Part shown: positions 1-13,770 of the stretch, in pieces
Layout: every line of letters begins with the position of its first letter
Position numbering within the stretch: position 1 is the stretch's first letter
From: Octopus vulgaris
Taxonomy: Eukaryota
NCBI GenBank assembly: GCA_951406725.2
Contig: OX597834.1
Coordinates: 33,480,001 to 33,544,000 of the forward strand
Reading direction: 5' to 3'
Length of the DNA stretch: 64,000 bases
The notes under the pieces: model-generated
Told to the model about the DNA's origin: nothing
The model's database searches: none
The model's input: the letters and a program-made list of their open reading frames with translations, nothing else
Translations under genes and position numbers: made by a program

Positions 1-48
1 TGAAACAGACAATGTAGTTCAATGGAAATATGGTAATGAAAAGGTTAA

Positions 49-420
49 AGAGATCTAAATTAAAATCTTCCATCAAAATGTCGTGCTAATTTGTGTCCCA
101 AATACCTCTTTAACCATTTAACATTCAGCTTAATCAGTCAAATGCAATGCTTTCTCAATTACATTGTTTTTAATTAATCATACATTATCTCATAGCTCTG
201 AAATTTTGATGATGTGATTGTATATTCTTAGAATGGTATTGAAGAATATCTGTGACTGGCTGGTTAGAACATAAACAGCATATTTGGTCCAGAGATGACC
301 AATTCAAATGCTAAAGGGTTGATGACGACAAAATTTATTATACTGAATTGTTCGTTATTTTAAAAATTATTTGAAGCAAAGTTGGTGTATTGCAACAGAA
401 ATATGAGACGAAATGGTCAA
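49..420 (-). mobile_element. piggyBac-like MITE family P2, split at an internal TTAA by a family P1 MITE (110-322)
   Basis: Reverse complement of 323-420 begins ttga-ccatttcgtctcatatttctgttg, like P2 starts at 52895 and 56653. 49-109 matches the P2 interior (tttgatggaagattttaatt). P1 lies between TTAA 110-113 and ttga 319-322. Confidence 0.65.
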
Positions 421-1069
421 CCAGGAAGGCATACAATGCCTGATGACAATAATTCATAGGAGTGGTCATATTCACAGTTGTGGTAGTTGGAGTCCCTCCC
501 CCCATAATGGTTTTTGTCATAGTAGTATTGGTTACAGTAGTCGTAGTAGTGGTACTGGTTGTAATCATCATAGTCATAGTGAAATTTGACTACAGACAGA
601 AAGTGTTGGTGTGGGAAACTAGTATGACTTCAATTCACTTGATAAGAGAAAGACTATTACGGGTGTACATAATCTAATCTAGTTAATCTCAATCTAATCT
701 AATAATGTAAGGGTAGAAACAGTCGTGATAATGGAGTCAGAGCGGAAAGTTCATTGATTCCACTGGAGCGTGACTTTGGTTAGTTTTGTCTTTTCAGTGA
801 ATCACACTTGTATGAATTTATATGGTCGTGTAGTCTACTTTAGTTTCACTTGAGTGAATCGTCTGTATGTGTGTGTTGTTGAGTGCATGTGTGTCAGTGT
901 GTGTGTGTGTGTGTGTGAATATACACTGTAAGTAAACTTTCCTTGGGTTTGACCTGTCTTATAAGTATGTAAAGGAGAAACACACAAAAAAAATATATGC
1001 ATGTACACACAAACACAAACAAACATACATTTGCACAGACACATTTAATAAATACACGAGCACACAAAT

Positions 1070-1479
<410 letters not shown>

Positions 1480-2261
1480 CATAATTTACGGTATCTACGA
1501 GATACCGCCATGCTGGAAATAGCAGCCAAAATCTGACTCTAAAACCACATTAAATGTTCATAGAGCACAAGGAGAGACGACAAAATAAACTAGCAAGTAA
1601 TTTTTTGTGGGTTTGTGATCTTGTGGGTAAACAAGTTTGGCCATGAGGAAATGCTACGTTGCTTGGGAATAGGTGAGGGTTGCCAGTGGGAAGAGCATCC
1701 AACTGTAGAAAATCTGCCTCAATAAACTCTGTGATCATGGAAGGTGTTAAATGAAGTTTTATTTTATGTATTTGATATTTAAGCAAAGGACTAATGAGGA
1801 TCTTACAAATACAAGGCAACTTCACTAGTACTATGAAAAAAGAAATGCACCCAAACACACTTTGTAAAGTGGTTGGCATTAGAAAGGACATCCAGTCATA
1901 GAAACCATTTTAAATGAAAACATGATTTGAGGTGAGGCTAAGTGAACGTTAAAAGGACAAGGGCAGTAGCTCAAGCAAGAATTGAAAATGGACGTTAAAT
2001 AATGATAGTGATGTATGAAGCTGAATGAATTCAGAAGTGCTGTTTCACAGCAGATTTTTTTATTTCTGATTCATCAGAAATAGTGCTGAAATGAATGTTT
2101 GGTTGGTTGCACGGTTAAGAAATTCACTTGCACCAACATAGTCTTGGGTTCAGTCTCATTGTACAGCACATTGGGCAATAGTCTTCTGCTGTAACCTCAG
2201 GCAAACCAAAGCTTTGTGAGTGACTTTGGTAGATGGAAAGTGAAAGAAGCTCATGTGTATA

Positions 2262-2419
2262 TGATGGGATGCCAAAAAGTTCTTGGCTTTAAGAGTATCG
2301 TGAAAGGCCTGGTTGGAGGCTCAAGCTGCCAAGTTCTTTTACAGGGCTTAGAAAAACTAAAGGACTGTTACAATAAGTGTGTATTTTCTTTTATACAAAG
2401 CCAGGAACTTTTCAGTCCT
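2262..2419 (+). mobile_element. Tc1/mariner-derived MITE (degenerate, internally deleted copy)
   Basis: Ends aaaagttcttggcttt ... aaagccaggaacttttcag. Interior encodes GLEKLKDCYNKC, the mariner transposase C-terminal pattern. Same family as 35486-35700. Confidence 0.7.
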
Positions 2420-2640
2420 GAGTGTGTGATGTGTGGTTGTTTGTGTGTACCCTTGTCTAGACATCATGTGATGGTTATATGTGAAAATCCTCATCATACA
2501 AATGAGTTTGTTCAGTTCCGATTTTCCATGGAAAACATATGTAACTACAGGAAAAGTATTACCTTGCTGGGGTATTATTAGACTGAAATTCATCAAGGCT
2601 GTGCTCCAGCATGGCCGGAACAAGTAAAAGATAAAAGATG

Positions 2641-2879
2641 TTCTTTTATTCTTTTGCTCGTTTCAGTCATTTGACTGCAACCATGCTGGAGCACTGCCTT
2701 GAGGGTTTTTAGTCAAACAAATCAACATCCCAGGATTAATTTTTTAAAACTTAGCACTTATTTTATCGTTCTCTCTTGCTGAACTGCTAAGTTACGGCGG
2801 GGGTCACAAACACACCATCACCTGTTGTCAAGCAATCGTGGGGGAAGACAAACACAGACACAAAGGCACACATACATAG

Positions 2880-2928
<49 letters not shown>

Positions 2929-3103
2929 TACACACACACATACATACATACATACATACATACATACATACATACATACATACATACATGACATGCGAAC
3001 TTTGGTCAGCCCGAGGCTATAGTAGACGACACTTGCCCAAGGTGTCAGACAGTGGAATTTAACCCGGAATGATGGGTTCATACCACATGCTTCTTACCAG
3101 ACA

Positions 3104-3108
<5 letters not shown>
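2641..3108 (-). mobile_element. tRNA-headed SINE family A with internal CA/TA microsatellite (diverged copy)
   Basis: Colinear with the intact copy at 38121-38536. Confidence 0.75.
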
Positions 3109-3156
<48 letters not shown>

Positions 3157-3188
3157 TTATTCATTCATTTATTCTTCATGTATTGCAG

Positions 3189-3322
3189 CTGTCAATGTCC
3201 CCAAAAATACACAGGGAGACACTGTGAAACGCAGTATATTCCTTGTCAACCAAGTCCCTGTCTAAATGGTGGTACTTGTAGCCGCACCAATAAGTTCCAG
3301 TTCATGTGTTTATGTCCTAAAG
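3189..3322 (+). CDS. Notch: Internal coding exon (134 nt, phase 2 to phase 1) of a Notch receptor: end of EGF5 plus most of EGF6
   Basis: Acceptor ttgcAG at 3187-3188 after a pyrimidine-rich tract; donor GTaaga at 3323. Encodes CQCPQKYTGRHCETQYIPCQPSPCLNGGTCSRTNKFQFMCLCPK(G), matching the Notch EGF5/6 junction pattern (..GxxCExxYxPCxPSPCxNGGTC..). O-fucose consensus C-LNGGT-C is present. EGF numbering is from recalled Notch alignments. Confidence 0.88.
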
Positions 3323-3439
3323 GTAAGAGACTTCTTATTTTCATTTTTGCAGACCTATTTTTTTTTGTTAATGTTTTTTATATACTTTGTTTATTTTTAT
3401 GTATCTGGGATTATGTTTGAGTTCTGTTTTATTAAGGAG

Positions 3440-4430
3440 TTGGCAGAAGTGGACCAAATGCATAGCGGCATTTCTTTGTGCACTTAATATTCTAAGCTCA
3501 GATGCTGCTAAGATCAACTTTGCCTTTTGTCCTTTCAGTGTCAATGAAATAAGTACCAGTTATGTACTGGGGTCACTCTAATTGACTTGTCCCCTCCCCC
3601 AAAATTTCAGGCCTTGAGCCAATACTATTCATCATCATCATCATTATTATTAAAGACACCATTCGAGCGTGATCGTTACCAGCATCGCCTTACTGGCACC
3701 TGTGCCGGTGGCATGTGTAACAGATTCGAGCGAGGTCGTTGCCAGTACCACCTGACTGGTCCCGTACCAGTGGCACATAAAAGCTTCCACTACACTCTTG
3801 GAATGGTTGGCGTTAGGAAGGGCATCCAGCTGTAGAAACTCTGCCAGATCAAGACTGAAGCCTGGTGCAACAATCTGGTTCGCCAGCTCTTAGTCAAATC
3901 GTCCAACCCATGCTAGCATGGAAAGCGGACATTAAACAATGATGATGATTATTATTATTATTATTATTATTATTGTTATTATTATTATTAAGGCAGTGAG
4001 CTGGCAGAATCGTTAGCATGCTTGATGAAAAGCTTAGTGGTATTTCATCAGCTACTAGTGGTATTTCATCTGAGTTGAAATTCCGCTGAGGTTGACTTTG
4101 CCTATCATCCTTTTGGGGTCCATAAATTAAGTACCAGTGAAACACTGGGGTCGATGTAATCGACTAGTCCCCACCCCCAAAATTTCAAGCCTTGTGCTTA
4201 TAGTAGAAAGGATTAATATTATTATCAAGGTGACAAACTGGCAGAGCCGTTAGCAGCATTTCATCCATGCTTGTGGTCTGTCCAAATTGAACTGAAGTGG
4301 ACTTTGCCTCGTATCCTTTCGGGGTCGATGAAATAAATACCAGTGAAACACTAGGGTTGATGTTATTAAGTAGTCCTCTTCACCCAAATTTCAAAGTCAA
4401 CCTCAGCAGAATTTGAATTCAGAACATAAC
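3440..4430 (+). mobile_element. Cluster of SINE family B copies (ggcagtgagctggcagaatcgttagc...gttcaaattccgc...tagtagaaaggattatt) plus an RTE-type element (about 3655-3950)
   Basis: A-box-like tggcagaatcg, B-box-like gagttcaaattc, conserved core gactttgcctttcatcctttcggggtcgataaa-taagtaccag and (ATT)n tails. Best copy about 3992-4225. Confidence 0.75.
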
Positions 4431-4849
4431 TATTGTAATTATTATTATTATTGCGTGTAAGTACGTGCGCGTGTGTATATATTTGAGTTTCAAAATTGTT
4501 CTGAAGTAGTCAACTCAGATTACAACTTTTTCTTTTTTTTCTTTAAATTTCTCCCTCACTCATTCTCATTCTCTCCTCTTCTCCTTCATTTTCTTTATTT
4601 CTTTCCCATGAAGAACTTAAGTCCAGAATGTTAAGAACTTTTCCATTTCTTGAAATGTGAAACTAACAATGTTTCTCGTGTCTTTCATATCCTTGTGTTG
4701 CTATTTTCATTTTAAATCACTTGTGTGTGTGTGTGTGTGTGTGTGTATGCATGAGTATATGTACATATGTTCATTTGATTGGTCTACATCCAGATTTTCC
4801 ATAGTAACATGGGTTTTACACACACACACACACACACACATGTATATAT

Positions 4850-5150
4850 TTATTAATATTTAGCAGAAGAAACACTGACACAAGGTCCGAGAGATTCGTG
4901 CATTGGCACTTATCAAACTAGTCTATTAGTAAAAAAAATACGAGTTCTATTTTTCCTGTTTGCACCAACATAACTATATATATATAAATAAAATACTTAT
5001 ACATGCATGCACACACATACATGTATATTCATTAATATTTAGCAGAAGGAACAGCACCACAAGGTCAAGAATTTCGTGCGCTGGTACTTATCAGACTAGT
5101 TTATTAATAAAAAATATATGAGTTCTATTTTCCCCATTTGCACCAACATA
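4850..5150 (-). repeat. Two ~120-bp direct repeats, each with a degenerate hammerhead-like motif on the - strand
   Basis: - strand 5094-5072 reads CUGAUAA GUAC CAGC GCAC GAAA; - strand 4916-4894 reads UUGAUAA GUGC CAAU GCAC GAAU. Related fragments near 38760-38895 and 39690. Confidence 0.5.
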
Positions 5151-5187
<37 letters not shown>

Positions 5188-5722
5188 TTAAACATGCATG
5201 CCCACGCACAGACACAGACACACACGTCATCACCAACTGGATATTGATGAGAAAACAATTATGTCTAATCTCATCATGTATTTCATTATCAAGGTCACCA
5301 TCATAAATGCAACAAAGCAGTGATTGGCTCAGACAGGAAACTTACAATTAAGCACATTATCATTCATGAAAGTGTGATGTAAAATAATAGACATTGCCTT
5401 CTTTTGCTTGCTTCAGTCATTTGACTGCAGCCATGATGGAGCACTGCCTTGAAAGGGTTTCAGTCGAAGGAATCAACAGCAGGACTTGTTTTTTCAACCC
5501 TAGTACTTATTCTATCAGTTCTTTTACCAAAGCATTGAGTTACAGGGATGTAGACGCACCAATGCTGGATGTCAAGCAGTGGTGGGGGACAAACGTGGAC
5601 ACAAAGACACACACAGATATATATAACGGGAAGCTTTACGAAAATAAACAAAAGACGAAGGCAGGTGGAGTACAAACAAACAATTGTATTAGTATGGCGC
5701 TCAGGAATAGAAATAAAACAAG

Positions 5723-5760
5723 TCTTTTACGTTTCGAGCCTACGCTCTTCAACAGAAAGA
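5723..5760 (-). ncRNA. Minimal type-I hammerhead ribozyme-like motif (A6U core variant)
   Basis: - strand reads UCUUU CUGUUGA A GAGC GUAG GCUC GAAA CGUA AAAGA: perfect 5-bp stem I, 4-bp stem II, ACGU palindrome in place of stem III, GUA triplet. Confidence 0.6.
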
Positions 5761-5900
5761 TACACAGAAAAGAAACACGGAGAGAAACAAGGAGAGAAAA
5801 AAAATGCGTGCAGGAGCTAACGATTCAACATGAACAACATGACGACGTTGAACAAGTATAGTGTTATTGGACGCTCAGGAAAGGAAAGAAGGAAAGGAGA

Positions 5901-5935
5901 TTCTAATGTTTCAAGTGAAGCTCTTCATCAGAAAC
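5901..5935 (-). ncRNA. Minimal hammerhead-like motif, tandem partner of 5723-5760
   Basis: - strand reads GUUU CUGAUGA A GAGC UUC ACUU GAAA CAUU AGAA. Core intact, stem II partly decayed. Both motifs are preceded on the + strand by a shared cgctcaggaa block. Confidence 0.5.
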
Positions 5936-6490
5936 ATAGAAAAATGAAAGGTCCAAGGAAAGGAAGACGGGGAAAGAAAATCGCCAACAGTACACACGCA
6001 GTCACATATTGAATGACCGGAATGGAATTTATATATATATATATCATCATCATATACATATATACATGATGGGCTTCTTTCAGTTTCTATCTACCAAATC
6101 CATTCAGTCATTAGACTGTGGCCATGCTGGAGGCACCATCTTGAAGAACTTCAGTTGGACTATTTCACCCTAGTGCTTACATTTTTTTTTTAAAGTTTGA
6201 TACTTATGCTATTGCTCTCTTTTGCCGAACCGCTAAGTTATGGGAATTTAAACACACCTGCACTGGTTGTTAAGTGATGGTGGTGGACAAACACACACAC
6301 ACACACACACATATATATGTGACAGTCTTCTTTCAGCTTCTGTCTACCAAATCTACTCATAAGGCTTTGGCTGGCTTGAGGCTATAGTGGAAGAAACTTG
6401 CCGAAGGTGCCTCACAGCAGGACTGAACCTGGAACCCTGTGGTTGGGAAACAAACCGCTTACTACATGGCCATGCCTGCATCTATCTATG

Positions 6491-6527
<37 letters not shown>

Positions 6528-8463
6528 CTGCTGAAGATGCTATAGTTGTTGCTGGTGTTAGTGGTGACAATGGTGGTGGTGATGGTGGTAGTGTCTAATG
6601 CAGATCTAGTTGTTGTTGCTATTATTATTATTATTGGTGGTGGGGTGGGTGGAGGCAATGTTTGATGAGGGTATTGGCGGTTGTTGCTAGTGTTATTAGT
6701 GGTGGGTAGGTGTGCAGGTGGGGTTGGTGTATGTAGGACATCTGATGTAGATGTTGTTGTTGTAATAGAATTCAGGGTGGTTGTGTTGTGTCATGTCAAA
6801 ATCTAGAACAAGTTTGAGAATTACATCAACATTGACCCCCCCCACCGTCACTCCACCCCTCCACCTTGCCCTATGTTTGTGCTTGCCTTCACCTACACAT
6901 TTGACAATGTCAGTAATGGTATTGGTGGTGGTGGTGGTGATGATGGAGGGGTGCAGCTCCTCCCCATCATTTTTCCCCAGGCCTGAGCTAGGTTGGGTTT
7001 GGGGTGGTTGAATGGGTGTTGTGTGGAATGGCAGGGACATTGTAGTAGAACTTGTAGAGTAATGTTATTGGACAGCCAAGGCTACAGTGTTCCTTTCTTT
7101 CTTCCTCTCTTTTTATCTCTCACATATACATACATATATCCACCCGAGAATTCATATTTAGAGACAGAAGGGTAGCAGTGCAGGGCTGATTGCCCTCACG
7201 AACACCACCACCCTCATACATAACTCCCACCTTTTTTCAACCAGTTTACAACTGTCAGATTTTTCTCTAACCTTTCACCTTTCTTCCAGTACTATCCCTC
7301 CAACACTTTCCCCCACCCAATGCACTTCACCCCAACCCATCACTTCAACCCCCCCCCCCACTGACCCCCATCGGCAGTTCACCTTTCTTCACTGGCACTC
7401 CCCCACCAACTGGCCCTTCACCTATCACCCCACCCACCCTGTATTCCATACTCTGACACCTCCCTCATCTCCACCCCTCTCCTGCTATCAGTTTTGTTGG
7501 GTAGAGTCTTTTCTCTTCTACCCTCAATGTCCCACTACAACACCAATAATATCAGCAACAATACTGGTCAGCCAAAGAGGAAACTTCTGTGGTCACTTGA
7601 CCATCCAGGAATAGCAGTTAAATCTCTTTCAAGTCACTGTTTTTCTTGGAAAAAGAAAAGACAGGAAACATTACACAATGGGCAAGTGTCTTTTGCTATA
7701 ACCCTAGGTTGACCAAAACCTTGTGAGTTGGCTTGGTAGATGAAAACTGAAAGAAGCCTTTTGTATTATATGTATGAATGTGAATGTGTTTGTGTGTGTG
7801 TGTGCATGTCGTTGTCTGGACATCAAAGGATGGTTGCAAATAAAAATCATCATCATTATAAGTGAGGTTGTTTGTTTCCAGCCCTATCACGGAAAACATC
7901 TCATCACGAGGAAATATTACCTTGCTTGGAGACAGCTATATATGGGTCACCCTGTGAAGGAATAGCTTTCTGACCAGAGGGAATATTGGCCTGCTCTCCG
8001 AGCTGGTGGGGTGGTATCATTTGAAAGCTAAAACAATGTGAAGCACACTGTGACCAGCGGTGTATGATGACATCCAATAGTCTGGTTGGTGCTGTAATAT
8101 ACATATATGTAAAACAGATGGAATGGTCATGGCAGGAATTCCTTTAATTGTTGACTTGGAGTTGAAAATTAACACCAGTAGTGCTGGTAGTAGAAAAGGG
8201 GGTCCTAGTTACTTTAGTCATAGTGGCAGTTTTGTTGGTTGTGGTGGTGTTTGTTGTGACAGCAGTACTTGTGGTTGGAGTAATAGTAGTAGAAGTAGTA
8301 GTAGCTGGTGGTGGTGGTGGTAGTGGTGTGTAAGAGTTGTGTGAAAGACATAAACATATTCTGCACTTTGTGTGCGTATGTGCATTAAAGTGAGAGGGTA
8401 TATATAAGGAGATTGTGTGTAAGATAACAGAGAGAGGGATGGTAAGAAATTGAGTGTGTATGT

Positions 8464-8508
<45 letters not shown>

Positions 8509-10834
8509 GCTTGGAGGTGGAGAAAGGATGTGTAAGACATATAGATGGATAGACAAATAGAATAGAGAGAGAGAATAGAGACAGAGAGATGATGATGAGG
8601 AGAATGAGAGAGTATGTGTGGTGAGAGAAAGAGAATGATAGTCATAGATAGAGGGGAGAGAGAGAGAGAGTATTGTGATACCAATATTACTCTATGTTGT
8701 ATGTGTTGTAGTTATTGTTTGTCTAAGCTTGTCCATTAATTGACTTCACTGTACAGTGTCAACTGCAGTGACGGGTGTGTGTGTCAGTGTTTGGTGTTGG
8801 TGATGGGGTTGCTGAGAAGAAAATTTGGCCAGAATCATCACCAGCACCAGTATCATTGCAGGAACTACTGTCATCTGCATCACCATCATCATCATCACTA
8901 TTATTTCCATAAGGTGCAGTGGTGGTGCAGGGTGGGGGGTGGGGTTCTGTCTGTATGTCTTGTGAGGATTCTAAGATTAGCATCTGGAAAGTTCATATCC
9001 TAAGTCCTAAGTGCTTGTTTTATGGTACTTCATCAAACCCTGAAAGCATGAAAATCAGAGTTGATCACAGCAGGATTTGAACTCAAAGCACAGAGAACAT
9101 ATCATCATCATCATCATCATTTAACGTCCATTTTCCATGCTGGCATGGGTTGGATGGTTTGACAAGAGCTGACAAGGCCAGGAGCTGGACCAGGTTTTAT
9201 AATCTGTTTTGGGATGGTTTCTACAGTCGGATCACCCTTTCTGATGCCAACCACTCGGCAACATGTACTGGGTGACTTTTATATGAAACCAGCACCAGTG
9301 TCTTTTACATAGCACCAAGCATTCTGTCCAATGCCATAAGGACTTTGTCCAACATAAGATTCATATAAGATGGTGGTGGTGGTGGATTGTCATGAATCCA
9401 TCCATGCCCTTGCAAGCATAGAAAAACAAATCTTTTAATGTTTTACCCATTACTTGTTGGCCATGCTGGGGCGCCACCTTGAAAGGTTTAGTTAAACAAA
9501 CTGACTCCTTAATCTTACCCCAAGTACTTTTCTTTTCTTCAAAGTTTGTTACTTCTTCTATCAGTCTCTTTTGCTGAACTGCTAAGATACAGTGATGTAA
9601 ACAAACCAACACCAATCGTCAAGCAGTAATGGGGCAGGACAGAAACACACACACACACCATGGGCTTCTGCTCAGTTTCCATCTACCAAACCCATTCACA
9701 CCCTAACCACTAAGCCGTATATAAAGTGGTTGGCATTTGGAAAGGCATCCAATTGCTGAAACTGACCACGCCTGTGTTGGTGTCATGTAAAAAACACGCT
9801 GTGGGGTCGTTGGTTTTGGGAAGGGCATCCAGCCGTAAAAACCAAAGCAGACACAGTATAGCCTGGTGTAGTCTTCTATCTGGCCGGTTCCTGTCAAATC
9901 GCCTAACTTATGCCAGCACGGAAAGCGGACGTTAAACAAGGATGATGATGATGACGATATATATATATATCGTCATCATCATCAAACAATGGGCTTCTTT
10001 CAGTTTCTGTCTACCATATATGTTCACAAGGCTTTGTTTGGCCCAGTATTATAATAGAAGACACTTGCCCAAGGTGCCCCGCAGTGGGACTGAACCAGAA
10101 ACCAGATAGTTTTTAGGAAAGTAAATGTTTCAAACACACAGCCATTTGTTCGTCTTGACACAATATTAAAGAAACCCCGCCAAAAACCAACAAAAAGGAA
10201 AACAGATACCCCTCCCCACCAAACAAGACAACATAGATAACATACACTTGTAACAAACATGAAAAAACAAAACACACTCCTTGACTGCCAAACTAAAAAT
10301 GCTAGCTGTTAAAATTTTCTTAAGTCTATCAGTGATAGCAATGAGAACAGCAAATTGCCCCCAAATCACACACACATACGTACAGTACATATATACTTAA
10401 AAACCCCCTACAACTTTACCATGTAATAAGAGAAGCAGGGAATTTATCGTAATAGTAGTACAAATAAACCATTACGTATTTCTGCCAGTTCCCACCCTTC
10501 TTTCCCAAGATTATTCTAATCTTTGTGTTCAATTCCTGCTTGATATGGATCTCTGCTAGGGTTCCTGTGAGACAGTCACTAGTATCTTGATCTCAATACA
10601 ACATGGCTATTGTTATTTTGAATAATGAAAATAAGGAAAAAAACAAAACAAAAAAAAAAGTCTACTAGTTTACTTATTGCTTCAATTTCAGCCAGGCTCA
10701 TATCTTAGAGTTTCATCTAACCATAAACTTCCTGAAGTGTATGTGTGTGTGTGTAGTGTGTAGTATGTAATTGTGTGTATTTGTATAAGTATGTGTGGGT
10801 ATAACATATATATGGGTGTGTGTGTATTTGTATA

Positions 10835-10898
<64 letters not shown>

Positions 10899-13289
10899 TA
10901 TATGTGTGTGTGTGTGTGTGTGTATGTGTCTATTTGTATAAGTATTTGTTTATATGTGAGTGTGTGTGTTGCTAACTAGTCATTTGCTGACCTATCATCA
11001 CAGACTGTCCAGCTGTGCCCATTTCATCAATTTAGAGTTTATGTATTATCACATTGTTCATTAAGTACTTTTACTTTCTTTTTTTTTTCTTTGAGGGAGA
11101 TTTGGCTGCTTATTTTTTTAGCAGGTTAAGCGACCATATGAGGCTTTGACAATAACTTGATATTGTGTGATACAAATGGTGTAGACTTTTGTGGCGATTG
11201 TGGTGATGTTTGTGTGTGGGGTATGTGTGTGTCATACATGTGTTTGTGTGTCATGTGATGCGCGCGCGCGTGTGTGTGTGTGTGTGCGTGTGTGTGTCTC
11301 GTGTGTGTGTGCATGTGTGTGTCTATGTGTTACCATCTTACTGCCTTCACATCATGAGGTAGTTGTGGTTGTCTCCGTCATGTGAGCAGTGTCCTTTGTT
11401 TCCAATCTTCCATGAAAACATGCCAGGCCGTGCATGGGCAATATTACCTGATTTGGAAACGAGTGAGGATTGGTGACAGGAAGGGCATACAGCTGTAGGA
11501 AATTTGTCTCAGCAAGTTCCATGGGACCCATGTGAGCATGGAAAAATGGACATTAAAACAATGGTTATGATGATAATGATGAAGTTTAGGTGAGTGGTAA
11601 CTGAGCAGACATATGATCCAAAGGGTATTCCAGCCATGACTGTCCTGACCTTTTTTTTTGTAATATAAAGGACTGCATTATTCAATATGTTCTTCCTATT
11701 TCTTTTAAAAGACGGATATTTGGCTGCTCTTTTTAGAAAGTGAAGCAATCATGTAGAGGTTTTCTCATCAACTTCATGTGTGTAAATGTGTATATATAGC
11801 GTGAGACTGTGTTTGTATTTAAATTGTGTATGTGTGTATATGTGTGTATATATGTGTATGTATGCTTGATGTCTGACTTGTGTGTGTGTGTATGTGATAT
11901 CTGATTGTCTGCATGCCTATAAATGTGTGTGTGTGTATCATATCTGATTGTGTGTGTCTGTCTCTGTGTGATATCTGATTGTGTATACAAATGTGTGTGT
12001 GTGATGGTTGATTTGTGTATAAGAATGTGTATGTATGTGTGTGTGTGTGTGTGTGTGCATAAATGTTTAGGATGGAAGAGAGAATGGAAAAGGTTCACAT
12101 ACGAAAAAAAAGTCAGCAATTGATGAAGCCAGTGGTGGTGGTGGTGGTTGGTGATGGAGAATCCTGTAGGCTGGGTGTTCGTTTCCACCCATTGGACCAT
12201 ATCCAGTTAACGGTCAACCTTAGTTTTACGCTATGCCTCGGTTGGCTTAACTTCATTAAGAATGCAGTGAGAAAAGTCCACTCCAGACCTTCTCATCCTT
12301 GTAGTCTCCTCCTCTTCTTCCACCCATCCACCAACCTTCCCTCTTTCTCCTCCTCCCATTCTCATCCTACCTATTTGTTGCTAGCACTACCACCACCTAT
12401 ATGACAACCACTAGCAATGCTACTACACAACCACCACCACTACCACCCACCACCGTCAGTACTACAACCACTGCCACCAACATCAATACCACAACCCCAC
12501 TATCACCAATACCATCACCACCACCAATATAACAACCATCGGTAATGCTGTAACCACCAATACCATCAATATTCCACAATACCACCACCACCACCACCAC
12601 CACTGGCAATGCTACAACCGTCACCACCACACTGTAAATGTCAATTTAACCTCAATGTTGTTAATGTTCTAGGCCTTCCCTTTTTTGGAGTTTAACCCTG
12701 GGACATCTTTTTGAGCAGACTTATAAAAGGTAGTAGGTTCTGGTTTGAGAGGGACTTAGATGCTATTTCTAGCCAGTTGGACAGCCACATGCAAGATTGT
12801 GGGCTTATGGTGCTGTAAATGTTAGTCGGTGGTGGTCATGTTTAAACCCCAGGTCACCCCCTGATCAAGTATAACTGTGATCAGTGACATTCTACCCATG
12901 ACTATCTTGTCTTTTTAAGGGTATTTTCAGCAGACTGACTACATCAGATGTATCCTTTCCCTCTTCAAAGAAGATAAACTGTGATTATAAGCAAAATTTA
13001 GCTGTTATTTCCAGGAGGTTGGGTATAATGGCGAATATTCCTGAATTCTTTGACTAATTTTAGTCATTAGATTGTGGCCATTCTAGGGCAGCACACTGAG
13101 TATTTTTTTAATATTTTTTATTTTTGTAGATGCGGAATGTGATTTTGAGAGAATTGCTTATGAGATAATTTGTAGTGTTGCGTTGATGTTTTTGCTATTG
13201 TTTATGATGATGATGATGAAAGTTGTGGGGTTTATGTTTCCACCTAGAGAAGGGGCCGGATTGTACACACTGACATTTAGTGAGGAATC

Positions 13290-13770
13290 ATATGAGGTAC
13301 ACAGTGTGAAAGTCAAAACGTTGTATAGATACAGTGTGATGATCTAGACGTAATGTATGGGTCCAATGTGAGAGACTGGACATTTTGTATAGGCACAATG
13401 TGACTGTCCGGGGCATATTGCATGGGCACAGGACGACAGTTTAGATATTGTATGGGTGGGTCTGTTAAAACAGTTTGGATATATTGTAAGGTCATGGTAT
13501 GATGGTTTGGACAAATTGTATGGGTATAGTGTGACAGTCTGGACATGTTGCATGTGTACAGATGACAGTTTAGATATTGTGTGAGTAGACTGTGGCTGTC
13601 TGGATATATTGTATGCCCATGGTGTGATGGTCTGGACATATTGTATGTGACAGTTTGGACAGTTTGCATAGTTTCAATATGACAGTTTAGACATATTGTA
13701 TGGGTACATTGTGATGGTCTGGGTAGACTGTAATGGTCACAGTATGACAATCAGGACATATTGTATGGCT
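13290..13770. repeat. Degenerate minisatellite, ~32-33-bp unit
   Basis: About 14 diverged units like gtgtgacagtttggacatattgtatgggtaca. Confidence 0.85.

Noticed and set aside
3178-3420. 80-aa ORF (and 58822-59154) as standalone genes
   Set aside because: Only the EGF-coding parts between canonical splice sites are meaningful; the extensions are intron read-through.
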